Shown here one piece after another: positions 7,779-15,987 of a DNA stretch of 62,260 bases; the first letter of the stretch is position 1; every line of letters starts with the position of its first letter. The stretch spans positions 1-62,260 of IMG/VR virus record IMGVR_UViG_3300048801_000006; one strand, written 5' to 3'. A program made the position numbers and the translations under genes. The notes under the pieces are model-generated. The model saw only the letters and a list, made by a program, of their open reading frames with translations, did not search any database and had not been told where the DNA came from. This DNA is from a virus. Its lineage: Duplodnaviria > Caudoviricetes.

Positions 7779-9302
7779 ATGCTGACCGCCGCTATGGCCA
7801 TGGACCGCGCAATGCAGCGAAGTGATTCGCGTTTCCAGATCGCGATGGATCGCGATTCGGTCCGTGAGAAGACCATCGACGGTCGCCTGATCGTCAAGCG
7901 GACCCACATTTCCAAGGCCAACGTCTGCCCGTACAAGGGCGAGGAGATTCCGGGTTGGCAGGACCTCGGCCTTGATCCGCAGCGTATCTATAATTTGCTA
8001 CGAGACCCGGATGAGTTGGCGAAGGCCGCGCCGACGCTGAATGGCGTGCAATTGCTCATAAAACATGTACCCGTCAGCGCAGACGACCATCAGCCGGACC
8101 TCACCGTTGGATCGCTCGGAACGGACGCGGAGTTCGATGGTGAGTACCTCGACAACTCGCTGTTCGTGAACGCGCAGGCGGCCATCGACGCCATCGAGTC
8201 CGGACGTCAGCGAGAGCTGTCAGCGGGCTATCACTACAAGCCGGACATGACACCGGGAAATTTCCGTGGTAGCGCATACGACGGAGTGATGAGGGACATC
8301 GTGTTCAACCACGTAGCCCTCGTGGAAGACGGACGAGCTGGACCCGACGTGGTCGTCGGAGACGAAGCACTCAAGGAGAGCAAGATGAAGTCGACCAAGT
8401 TTGCCATCGCGGTCATGAACACCGCCCGCGCCACGATCTCCCCGCTTCTGGCGATGGACGCCCGGATCACCCTGCCCTCGGCCTATCACGGCCTGACGGC
8501 CAAGAACTTCACCGAGAAGAAGGCCTCCCTGCTCGCGGACACCCGCTCGATGCTGGACGGCAAGCTCCGCAAGGGCATCGCGCTCGACGCTTCCATGGCC
8601 GATCTCTCGAAGGCCATCGACGCCTTCGGCGGCATCGAGGAGGCGGTTGACGCGGAAGCCGAGGAAGTCGAGGGAGCCGGCGAGGTCAAGCCGCTCGATC
8701 AGCCGGAGCAGAAGCTGGAGAAGAAGGAAGTCCCGAAAAGCGATCCGTCCAAGCCCGCCTTCGACGTCGAACCGTTCCGCGACTTCCTGCGCGGCAAGGG
8801 CATGGGCGAGGATGACATCGCTCAGGCCGAGTCGCATTTCCCGGCAACTTGGCGCGACATCGCGACCAACGAGAAGAAGACCGACACCACGCTCGACGCT
8901 GACAAGATGGAAGACAAAAAGGCCATGAAGGACATCGACGACAAGAACCTCGTCTCGAAGCCCGCCATGGACGCTGCCATCCAGAGCGCGGTCGCCGAGG
9001 TCAAGAAGACACAGCACGCGATCCGCGTTGCCATCTCCGAGGTCCAGCCGTGGGTCGGCGACCTGCCGCAGACCATGGCGTTCGACTCCGCCGCCGACGT
9101 CTACCGCCACGCGCTCGTGATGCGGAACGTCGATGGCGCGAAGACCATGCACCCCGACGCGCTGCAGGCGGTCCTCAAGACGCTGCCGCGCAACGGCGCG
9201 CGCCAGTCCGATCATCAGGCGGCTCCGGCGCTTGCGATGGACGCGGTGAGCAAGGCGATCAAGTACGCACCCGGCCTCGAAAACATCTCAAGCTCGCTCT
9301 GA
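7779..9302 (+). CDS. DUF2213-type head protein (putative prohead protease/scaffold)
   Basis: ISKANVCPY.G.EIP, ELSAGY, YDGVMRDI.FNHVALVEDGRAGPDV motifs; charged scaffold-like C-terminal half; position between MuF and capsid. Confidence 0.9.
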   Translation: MLTAAMAMDRAMQRSDSRFQIAMDRDSVREKTIDGRLIVKRTHISKANVCPYKGEEIPGWQDLGLDPQRIYNLLRDPDELAKAAPTLNGVQLLIKHVPVSADDHQPDLTVGSLGTDAEFDGEYLDNSLFVNAQAAIDAIESGRQRELSAGYHYKPDMTPGNFRGSAYDGVMRDIVFNHVALVEDGRAGPDVVVGDEALKESKMKSTKFAIAVMNTARATISPLLAMDARITLPSAYHGLTAKNFTEKKASLLADTRSMLDGKLRKGIALDASMADLSKAIDAFGGIEEAVDAEAEEVEGAGEVKPLDQPEQKLEKKEVPKSDPSKPAFDVEPFRDFLRGKGMGEDDIAQAESHFPATWRDIATNEKKTDTTLDADKMEDKKAMKDIDDKNLVSKPAMDAAIQSAVAEVKKTQHAIRVAISEVQPWVGDLPQTMAFDSAADVYRHALVMRNVDGAKTMHPDALQAVLKTLPRNGARQSDHQAAPALAMDAVSKAIKYAPGLENISSSL

Positions 9303-9360
9303 GTCGAGACCGGACCCCACTTCAAACGAACTTCGCGAAGACGCAGCAGGAGATTAGGCA

Positions 9361-10374
9361 ATGAGCAACTCGGGTGGTTTTCAGGTGCAGGTCGGCCTCC
9401 AGCCCGCCGTCGCTATCGCGGGCAACCGCGCTTCGCAGAACCCGATCTTCGATTATCCCGCCGGTCCCGGTGGTCTGGTCGCCGGATCGTCCCTGTTCGT
9501 CGGCCGCTTCGCGTGGGTAACGCCTCCGATCGATCCGAACGGCACTGACACGCTCGCGAACTCCTTCGGCAACGGTGCGCCGCAGGGCTTCATGATGCTG
9601 AACCAGCAGGCGCTGAACACCACCTTCCTGTCCTACGCGGGCATGCAGGTTCAGCCCGGCGCTCAGACCTCCCTCAAGGTCGGCGGTGACTTTTGGGTCG
9701 TTAACAGCGGCTCGACGGAAGCGGTCCCCGGTCAGAAGGCCTTCGCCTTCGTCGCCAGCGGCCTCGTAGCGTTCGCCGCGGCCGGCACCGTATTCGGCGG
9801 CGCATCCGCGACCGCCTCCTCGATTGCCGCCTCGACCTTCTCCGTGACCGCCTCTATCGCGGCTCCGTCCTCGCCGATCTCCGGCGCGGGCTCGATCATG
9901 ACCGTCACCACGGTCGGCTCCGGCACCGTGGTCGTCGGCGGCTCGATCTCCGGCACGGGTATCCCGACTGCTCCGGCTCCGACCATCTACTCGCAGTTGC
10001 TTCCGCTGCTGGCGGGTGAAGCGGTCGGCGGCATCGGTCGCTACCAGCTCGACACCGGCGAAGTCACCTTCGCCTCCGGTACCGTCTCCGGTACCTACGG
10101 CACGCTGACCATCGGTACCTTGGTCGGCTCCGTGACCTTCGCAGTCGGTGACGTGCTCACCGGCTCGGGCGTCACCGCCAACACCTTCATCACCGCGAAC
10201 ATCGCAGGCACCGGTGGTACCGGCGGCACGATGGTAGTGAACAAAAACACCGTGGTCTCGTCGACCACGATCACCGCCAGCCTCGCGGTCGAAACGGCGT
10301 TCATCGCGCGCTCGTCCGGCCTGAACGGTGAGCCGGTCTACATCAGCTCCTTCAAGGATGCTGGCAACAACTAA
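9361..10374 (+). CDS. head decoration/cement protein with two inserted Ser/Thr/Gly-rich beta-domains
   Basis: GFQ.QV..QPA.A.AG..AS.NP, GPGGLVAG, VGRFAW, GDFWV motifs of the decoration gene preceding the capsid in this phage group. Confidence 0.75.
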   Translation: MSNSGGFQVQVGLQPAVAIAGNRASQNPIFDYPAGPGGLVAGSSLFVGRFAWVTPPIDPNGTDTLANSFGNGAPQGFMMLNQQALNTTFLSYAGMQVQPGAQTSLKVGGDFWVVNSGSTEAVPGQKAFAFVASGLVAFAAAGTVFGGASATASSIAASTFSVTASIAAPSSPISGAGSIMTVTTVGSGTVVVGGSISGTGIPTAPAPTIYSQLLPLLAGEAVGGIGRYQLDTGEVTFASGTVSGTYGTLTIGTLVGSVTFAVGDVLTGSGVTANTFITANIAGTGGTGGTMVVNKNTVVSSTTITASLAVETAFIARSSGLNGEPVYISSFKDAGNN

Positions 10375-10427
10375 CGGCTCGACTGACTAGAGCTTGGACC
10401 ACACTTGAAAAGGCAGGAGTGACTTCG

Positions 10428-11534
10428 ATGGATCGTAATGCAGCAATCGCAGCGTGGAATGAGGTCGCGCCCGTCTATGCCGATGCCGGGCTGATCCTGC
10501 CCGGCACGAAGATGTTCGTGCCCGACGAATGGAAGAACTCGAACCGGTCTCTCTCGCAGCTCGCGATGGACGCCGCCGGGTTCCTTTCAACGGACCCGAA
10601 CGCCGCTCTGCCGATGATGCTGACGACCGCCATCGACCCGGACGTCATCCGCATCGTCTTCGCTCCTCTCCAGATCGCCAAAATCCTCGGCGGCGAGAAG
10701 AAGGCGGGCGACTGGCTCGAAGAGACCCGCATCTTCCCGGTCTTGGAAGAGACGGGCGAAGTGTCGAGCTACGACGACTTCTCGACGCAGGGCCGCGCGG
10801 GCATCAACTTCAACTACCCGCAGTTCCAGAGCTACCTGTTCCAGACCTTCGTCGCCTACGGCGAGCGGGAGACGGAGCGGGCCGGCCTGATGCGCATCAA
10901 CTACGTCGGTGAGCTAACCGGCGCGGCCTCTGGCTTGCTGAACCGCTTCGGCAACCTCTGCTACGCCTTCGGCATCGCGAACCTTCAGAACTACGGGCTG
11001 CTCAACAACCCGTACCTGACCGCCTACCTGTCCCCAGCCGTCAAGGCTTGGGGCGGCACCACGTGGTTCAACGCCGGCTCGCCGGCCGCGACCGCGAACG
11101 AGGTCTACAATGACATCTTGGCGGTGGTCGAACAGATCATCAACCAGACCAACGGCGCTATCGAAATGGACGCGCCGATGGTGCTCGCCGTTTCGCCGCA
11201 GTCCCAGCTGGCGATGAAGTTCACGAACAGCTTCGGCGTCTCCGTGGCGGACCTGCTCAAGCAGGGCTTCCCGAACATGAAGATCGTCCCGGCTCCGCAG
11301 TACGGCCAGCGGACCACCAACAACATCCAAGGCTACAGCGCCGTGGGTAACGTGTTTCAGGTCATCGTCGAGAAGATCGACAACCAGAAGGTCGCCTATC
11401 CCGCCTTCAACGAGAAGCTCCGCGCTCACAAGCTGATCCCGGAACCTTCGAGCTGGAAGCAGAAGATGACCTCCGGTGTTTGGGGCACCATCACGCGGAT
11501 GCCCATCGGCATCTCCGGCATGATCGGCGTCTGA
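10428..11534 (+). CDS. major capsid protein (DUF2184-like, HK97 fold)
   Basis: LAMDAA, GEKKAGDW, ETGEVSSYDD, YGERE.ERAG, YGLLNNP, EKLRAH, QKMTSGVWG; AGGAG RBS 8 nt before ATG 10428. Confidence 0.92.
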   Translation: MDRNAAIAAWNEVAPVYADAGLILPGTKMFVPDEWKNSNRSLSQLAMDAAGFLSTDPNAALPMMLTTAIDPDVIRIVFAPLQIAKILGGEKKAGDWLEETRIFPVLEETGEVSSYDDFSTQGRAGINFNYPQFQSYLFQTFVAYGERETERAGLMRINYVGELTGAASGLLNRFGNLCYAFGIANLQNYGLLNNPYLTAYLSPAVKAWGGTTWFNAGSPAATANEVYNDILAVVEQIINQTNGAIEMDAPMVLAVSPQSQLAMKFTNSFGVSVADLLKQGFPNMKIVPAPQYGQRTTNNIQGYSAVGNVFQVIVEKIDNQKVAYPAFNEKLRAHKLIPEPSSWKQKMTSGVWGTITRMPIGISGMIGV

Positions 11535-11559
11535 GAAATAACCCCCCAGCAAAAGTCCG

Positions 11560-11599
11560 GGGCCGGAGGGGACATGCCCTCCGGCCCTATTTGTTTTTT
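11560..11599 (+). terminator. rho-independent terminator after the capsid gene
   Basis: GGGCCGGAGGG-gacatg-CCCTCCGGCCC (11-bp stem) followed by tatttgttttt. Confidence 0.9.
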
Positions 11600-11652
11600 A
11601 TCGCTGATTGTGCATAAGTCTGCCTCGGCAAACACCCGAGGGGAGAAACCTG

Positions 11653-12300
11653 ATGGCGATGACGGCACAAGAGAAGCGCGAAGCCCGGGCGGCGAAGCGC
11701 GCAGCAGAGGCAGCCGCGGCGAAGGCGGCTGATCAGCCCACGGCGGCGGAGGCGCTCAACGCAGCGTCCATGCAGCGTCCGGACAGCGTCCGGGATGCGC
11801 ACGGTGAGATCGCCAAGCCGAAGAAGTCCGGGACCACCGTGACGGTCGCCTGCAAGCTCGGCGTGGCCTACCTCGACATTCAGCTCTGCCAGATCATCGA
11901 AAAGCGGGAGATGAGTTCGCAGGGAGCCAAGGACGTCAAGGAAGCGATCCGGGTCGGCAACGTCGTCCGGCTGCGCGGCACATCCTTCCCGCGCGGTACC
12001 CTACCGGAAGGCTTCCCGGAGAAACCGCTGATCGTCGCCGGCGCGGCCATGAACCCCGGCATCGACAAGGAGTGGTTCGACGAGTGGCTCCGCCAGAACA
12101 AGCTCAACCCGCTGGTCCAGAACGGCATGATCTTCGCGCACGAGAACCTCGACCACGTCACCGGTCAGGCGCGCGAGCAGATCGCGAATCAGAGCGGTCT
12201 CGAGCCGGTCGATCCGAAGAAGAAAGACCCGCGAGTCCCGAAACCGTCCCGCTCTGAGGTCTCGGAGATCGAGACCGGCGCGCGGACCGCAGCAGGTTAG
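11653..12300 (+). CDS. conserved phage protein downstream of the capsid gene
   Basis: GGAG RBS; VTVACKL...WF.EWL.QN..NPLV.NG.IFA motif typical of this position. Confidence 0.75.
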   Translation: MAMTAQEKREARAAKRAAEAAAAKAADQPTAAEALNAASMQRPDSVRDAHGEIAKPKKSGTTVTVACKLGVAYLDIQLCQIIEKREMSSQGAKDVKEAIRVGNVVRLRGTSFPRGTLPEGFPEKPLIVAGAAMNPGIDKEWFDEWLRQNKLNPLVQNGMIFAHENLDHVTGQAREQIANQSGLEPVDPKKKDPRVPKPSRSEVSEIETGARTAAG

Positions 12301-12311
12301 GAGAAACCATC

Positions 12312-12605
12312 ATGGTCAAGGTCGCTTGCTATCACCCGAACGGCGTCATGCTGAACCTATTCAAGCCCGGCTTCGATGACGGCACGGGCGTCAAGCAGAT
12401 GATCCGGGACGGCGTCGGTCACCGGCTCAATGGTCCGGACCGCGATTCGGAAAAGGCGCATCTTCCCGGCATCACGGAGGTCCCGGACGCGTGGATGGCG
12501 GAGTGGTTGAAGCAGAACGAACTCAACCCGATGGTCGCCATGAATCACATCTACGTCCTGAAAGAGGGCGAGGAGCCAAACCCTACGCCGCCGCCGGCGA
12601 AGTGA
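12312..12605 (+). CDS. short paralog of the preceding protein
   Basis: VKVACYHPNG...WMAEWLKQNELNPMV aligns with 11653..12300. Confidence 0.75.
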   Translation: MVKVACYHPNGVMLNLFKPGFDDGTGVKQMIRDGVGHRLNGPDRDSEKAHLPGITEVPDAWMAEWLKQNELNPMVAMNHIYVLKEGEEPNPTPPPAK

Positions 12606-12919
12606 ACTTCAACGAGACGATAGCCAAGAGCGTCGAACTCGACCGCCATTTGGCGCAATCTGTGGAGAAGACGATGGCTGAGATCGGCGGAAGTACGAAG
12701 ATGCTCGGGGAGATCGGCTCCCTGTTTGCTGACGTCCGGAAGGCGATGGAGGATGCGAAGCTCGGGATCGCCGGCGCAGCCTCCGAGCTGATGGTTGAGG
12801 TCAAGGGGCTGGAGCACATCCAGACCGCGATCCGCAGCGAGACAGAATCGGTGCGGAAGTTTAAGGTCCAGCTGCTCGGCAACGCGACCGGCGGAGAGAA
12901 CACCCCCGAGGGGACCTGA
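12602..12919 (+). CDS. hypothetical helical protein
   Basis: GTG start overlapping the previous stop; stop overlaps the next start. Confidence 0.6.
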   Translation: MNFNETIAKSVELDRHLAQSVEKTMAEIGGSTKMLGEIGSLFADVRKAMEDAKLGIAGAASELMVEVKGLEHIQTAIRSETESVRKFKVQLLGNATGGENTPEGT

Positions 12920-13440
12920 TGGCCATCACGCTCAACGGACCGCAGCTGGTCACGTTCGTCCAGAACGACTTCAACGCGATGTTCCCGGAGTTCATCGCCT
13001 GCGACCTGATCGCGGAGCAGAGCTGGTTCCTCCGCGCCAGCGTCCTGTGGGAAAACACGAGCAACAACCCCGCGTCCGGCGACACGGGGACGATGACGGT
13101 CCTGCTCTACCTACTGACCGCTCACATCGGCTGGCTCTCGGCCCCGCGCGATGGCTCCGGCAACCCAACAAGCGCCAGCCTAGCGGTCCAACCCGCGTCT
13201 CCCATCGTCGGCCGGATCAACACCGCCAGCGAGGGCTCCGTCTCCGTCGGCGCTGACATCGGTGACGCGGCCGCGGGCTCTCCCTCTCAGCCTTGGTACA
13301 TGCAGACCCGGTACGGCGCGGAGTTCTGGGCGGCGACCGCCGGCTACCGTCTCTCGGGCGCGACCTTCGTGCCTCCGGGCGGCATCGGCGTTCCTCCGGG
13401 CGTGATCCTCGGACCGGGCTGGAGCCGTGGAAGGTACTGA
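12919..13440 (+). CDS. head-tail adaptor (DUF4054-like)
   Basis: F.AMFPEF, LLYLLTAHI, VGRI..ASEGSVSV, WY.QTRYGAEFW. Confidence 0.88.
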   Translation: MAITLNGPQLVTFVQNDFNAMFPEFIACDLIAEQSWFLRASVLWENTSNNPASGDTGTMTVLLYLLTAHIGWLSAPRDGSGNPTSASLAVQPASPIVGRINTASEGSVSVGADIGDAAAGSPSQPWYMQTRYGAEFWAATAGYRLSGATFVPPGGIGVPPGVILGPGWSRGRY

Positions 13441-13442
13441 CC

Positions 13443-13931
13443 GTGGCTGAGATCAAGGGCGGCGACAAACTGTCCGCGAAGCTGCAAGCCATGGCCGGCA
13501 AGGTGACGTCCGCGCAGAGCGTCAAGGTCGGCTTCCTCGCTGACAAGACCTACCCGGACGGCACCCCGGTCGCGATGATCGCCGCCATTCAGAACTGGGG
13601 CGCGCCGTCGGTCGGCATCCCGGCCCGTCCGTTCTTCTCGAACATGATCAAGAACAAGAGCAAGGAGTGGGGTCCAGCCACCGGGGCGCTGCTGGTCGCC
13701 AACGACTATGACGCCGCGCGGACCCTCAATCAGGTCGGGGAAGCGGTGACGCGACAACTCCGCGAAAGTATTGTAGACACGAACTCGCCTCCGCTGGCCG
13801 AATCAACGCTGCGGAAGCGCGGGGTGTCCGGGATGGTCTATGACAAGACCAAGCCCTCGACCTTCGGAGCGAAGCCCCTCGTCGACACCGGGGTGATGCT
13901 CGACAGCGTGGACTATGAAGTGAAGACCTGA
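13443..13931 (+). CDS. neck/tail-completion protein
   Basis: VKVGFL...YPDGTPVA.IAA.Q.WG...IPARPFF, KPLVDTG.ML.SV.YEV. Confidence 0.8.
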   Translation: MAEIKGGDKLSAKLQAMAGKVTSAQSVKVGFLADKTYPDGTPVAMIAAIQNWGAPSVGIPARPFFSNMIKNKSKEWGPATGALLVANDYDAARTLNQVGEAVTRQLRESIVDTNSPPLAESTLRKRGVSGMVYDKTKPSTFGAKPLVDTGVMLDSVDYEVKT

Positions 13932-13938
13932 GTACCCC

Positions 13939-13954
13939 TCAACGTAACGCTAAC
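13939..13954 (+). promoter_or_regulatory. degenerate CtrA-like box TCAA-N7-CTAAC
   Basis: tcaa cgtaacg ctaac in the intergenic region ahead of the inserted cassette; two mismatches. Confidence 0.25.
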
Positions 13955-13987
13955 GCCCGCGTATACAGGGCCGAAGGAGAATAGAAA

Positions 13988-14587
13988 ATGGCGCGTTTCA
14001 CTCTTTGGTCCACGGACAAAGGCGAGCTTCCGGCGAACATCCCGCTGGTCAACAACTACACGGCGACCACCAACCCCGGCCCGAGCAACGACAGCTCTCA
14101 GGGCTACTCGACCGGCTCCGTCTGGTTCAACCAGACGCTCCAGACGATCTACTCCTGCATCAACGCCACCAAGGGCGCGGCGAACTGGACGGAGGTCGCG
14201 GCCAACGGCACGCCTATCGCGGATACCTCGGCGGCCTACAACGTCTCCGCGAGCGCGGTCACGTTCACGGCTACCGGCGCGCAGATCACGGGCGGCTCCG
14301 CCTTCGTCGAGCTGGACCTGACCGGCAACCCGGCTGGCGCGGCGAACGTCCAGCTCCCGACCGTCGCGCAGCTCCTCACCGCCATCGTCGGCCCGGCTCC
14401 GGGTGACACCTACGTCCTCCGCGTCAAGAACACGGCGAACTCCGCCGCGTGGACCGTGACGACGAACACCGGCTGGACGGTCAACGGTACCGCGGCCATC
14501 CAGACCGCGACGTGGCGCGACTTCATCGTCACGATCAACACGCTGACGACCTGCACGCTCCAGAACCTCGGCGCTGGCACCCTGTAA
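13988..14587 (+). CDS. putative virion structural protein (Thr/Ala-rich, beta-rich)
   Basis: AAGGAG RBS; NPGPSNDSSQGYSTGSVWFN resembles a fibre-protein motif. Confidence 0.65.
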   Translation: MARFTLWSTDKGELPANIPLVNNYTATTNPGPSNDSSQGYSTGSVWFNQTLQTIYSCINATKGAANWTEVAANGTPIADTSAAYNVSASAVTFTATGAQITGGSAFVELDLTGNPAGAANVQLPTVAQLLTAIVGPAPGDTYVLRVKNTANSAAWTVTTNTGWTVNGTAAIQTATWRDFIVTINTLTTCTLQNLGAGTL

Positions 14588-14660
14588 CAATCGGCCCCGA
14601 TTGTGAAACCGGGGAATCTGATGTAAGTCTCAAACCGACCCGTCTGAAAGGACCTCGATC

Positions 14661-15134
14661 ATGGCGAACTTTGAAGCACCTGTTCTGATCTCGGCAGTTG
14701 CCACCACGTACAAGACCACAGGCTTCCTCGCCGCAGGCGGCACCAAGCGCGCGCAGGTGTACGAGATCGAGATGGGTCATACCGGCGCGCTGGCTTCGAC
14801 CGATTGCCAGTGTCAGTGGGACCTCTCCCGAGCGGCCACCCCCTCGCTGGCGGCCACCGTCGTCGCGGCGAACGCCTTGGACACCGCGGACTACGTCGCG
14901 GCCACGCTGTTCTACAACGCGGCCACCGTCGAGCCGACCTACACCACCGCCGGCAACGGTCTGTCGCTCAAGTCTTGGGGCATCAACCAGCGCGGTTCGT
15001 ACCGCTGGCGCGCACTGGACGACGGCGACAACATCATCATCCCGGCTACGGGCGGCAACGGCCTCGGCCTCCGCGTCAACAGCTCGAACTTCACCGCCTC
15101 CGCCATCGGCAACATCAGCTTCATCGAGCGCTGA
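14661..15134 (+). CDS. putative small beta-sandwich structural protein
   Basis: AAAGGA RBS; strongly biased codons like the major structural genes. Confidence 0.65.
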   Translation: MANFEAPVLISAVATTYKTTGFLAAGGTKRAQVYEIEMGHTGALASTDCQCQWDLSRAATPSLAATVVAANALDTADYVAATLFYNAATVEPTYTTAGNGLSLKSWGINQRGSYRWRALDDGDNIIIPATGGNGLGLRVNSSNFTASAIGNISFIER

Positions 15135-15140
15135 TCAGCC

Positions 15141-15428
15141 ATGCCGGCGCTGCGTATCAAACCCGGCGGAATCAACACCTACTTCGACCCCGTCTACGGC
15201 GAGGTCGAAGCTCACTCCTCGACATGCTCGCACTGTCAGACGATCACCGATTTCCCGAGCCTCAAGCGGATGTTCGACCACGTCGAGATGTGCCGTGGTT
15301 GCATGAAGCTGATCTGCCTCAGATGCGTCGGGAAGGGCTGCCGCCCGTATGAGAAGGAAGCGGAGCGGCAGGAGCGAGAGCATCACCTTCAATCTCAAAT
15401 CCACAAGCAGGCGTGGCGCTGCTATTGA
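15141..15428 (+). CDS. Cys-rich zinc-finger protein
   Basis: CSHC, CRGC, ICLRC, GC. Confidence 0.7.
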   Translation: MPALRIKPGGINTYFDPVYGEVEAHSSTCSHCQTITDFPSLKRMFDHVEMCRGCMKLICLRCVGKGCRPYEKEAERQEREHHLQSQIHKQAWRCY

Positions 15429-15480
15429 GCCCGTCGTAAAAAGTCGATAGGTTTCCCGAACTTTCAAACGGGAGACCCTG

Positions 15481-15987
15481 ATGGGCATTTGCTCTGACTG
15501 CCGCCTCTGGCTCACCAAGCGCGTGACCAAGTACGAGGACGGCTCCGTCGTCGTGAACTACGAGTCGCCGCCCGGTAAGGCGCGCTGCGAGGTTCTAGGA
15601 ATCGAGACCGGGACGCAGTTCGGCTGCAACTCCTTCGAGGAGGGGCATGACCACATCGAGATCATGGCGACCAAGACCGGATCGCCGTGGCATCACTCCC
15701 ATTATGAGGACTGCCCGGACTGCAAGGGGCGCGGCATCCCGCAGGAATCAGAGGGATCATGCGCTCGCTGCTGCGGGACCGGCCACGTCCTGTTCTACGA
15801 TGACGGCTACGTCGGTGAAGAGCGGACGCGCCGGCACCCCAACGAGGGAGAGATCGGACCGCCGCCGAAGCCGACCTGTCCCGGCTGCTCCCGCGACATC
15901 GAAACATCTTGGAAGGCTTGCCCGTTCTGCGGCGTCAAGCTCGACCAGCCCGCAGACCCAATCCGCACATCGGAGTTCCCGCTATGA
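15481..15987 (+). CDS. Cys-rich protein with DnaJ-type zinc finger and zinc ribbon
   Basis: CSDC; CPDCKGRG and CARCCGTG (CxxCxGxG); CPGC...CPFCG. Confidence 0.7.
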   Translation: MGICSDCRLWLTKRVTKYEDGSVVVNYESPPGKARCEVLGIETGTQFGCNSFEEGHDHIEIMATKTGSPWHHSHYEDCPDCKGRGIPQESEGSCARCCGTGHVLFYDDGYVGEERTRRHPNEGEIGPPPKPTCPGCSRDIETSWKACPFCGVKLDQPADPIRTSEFPL

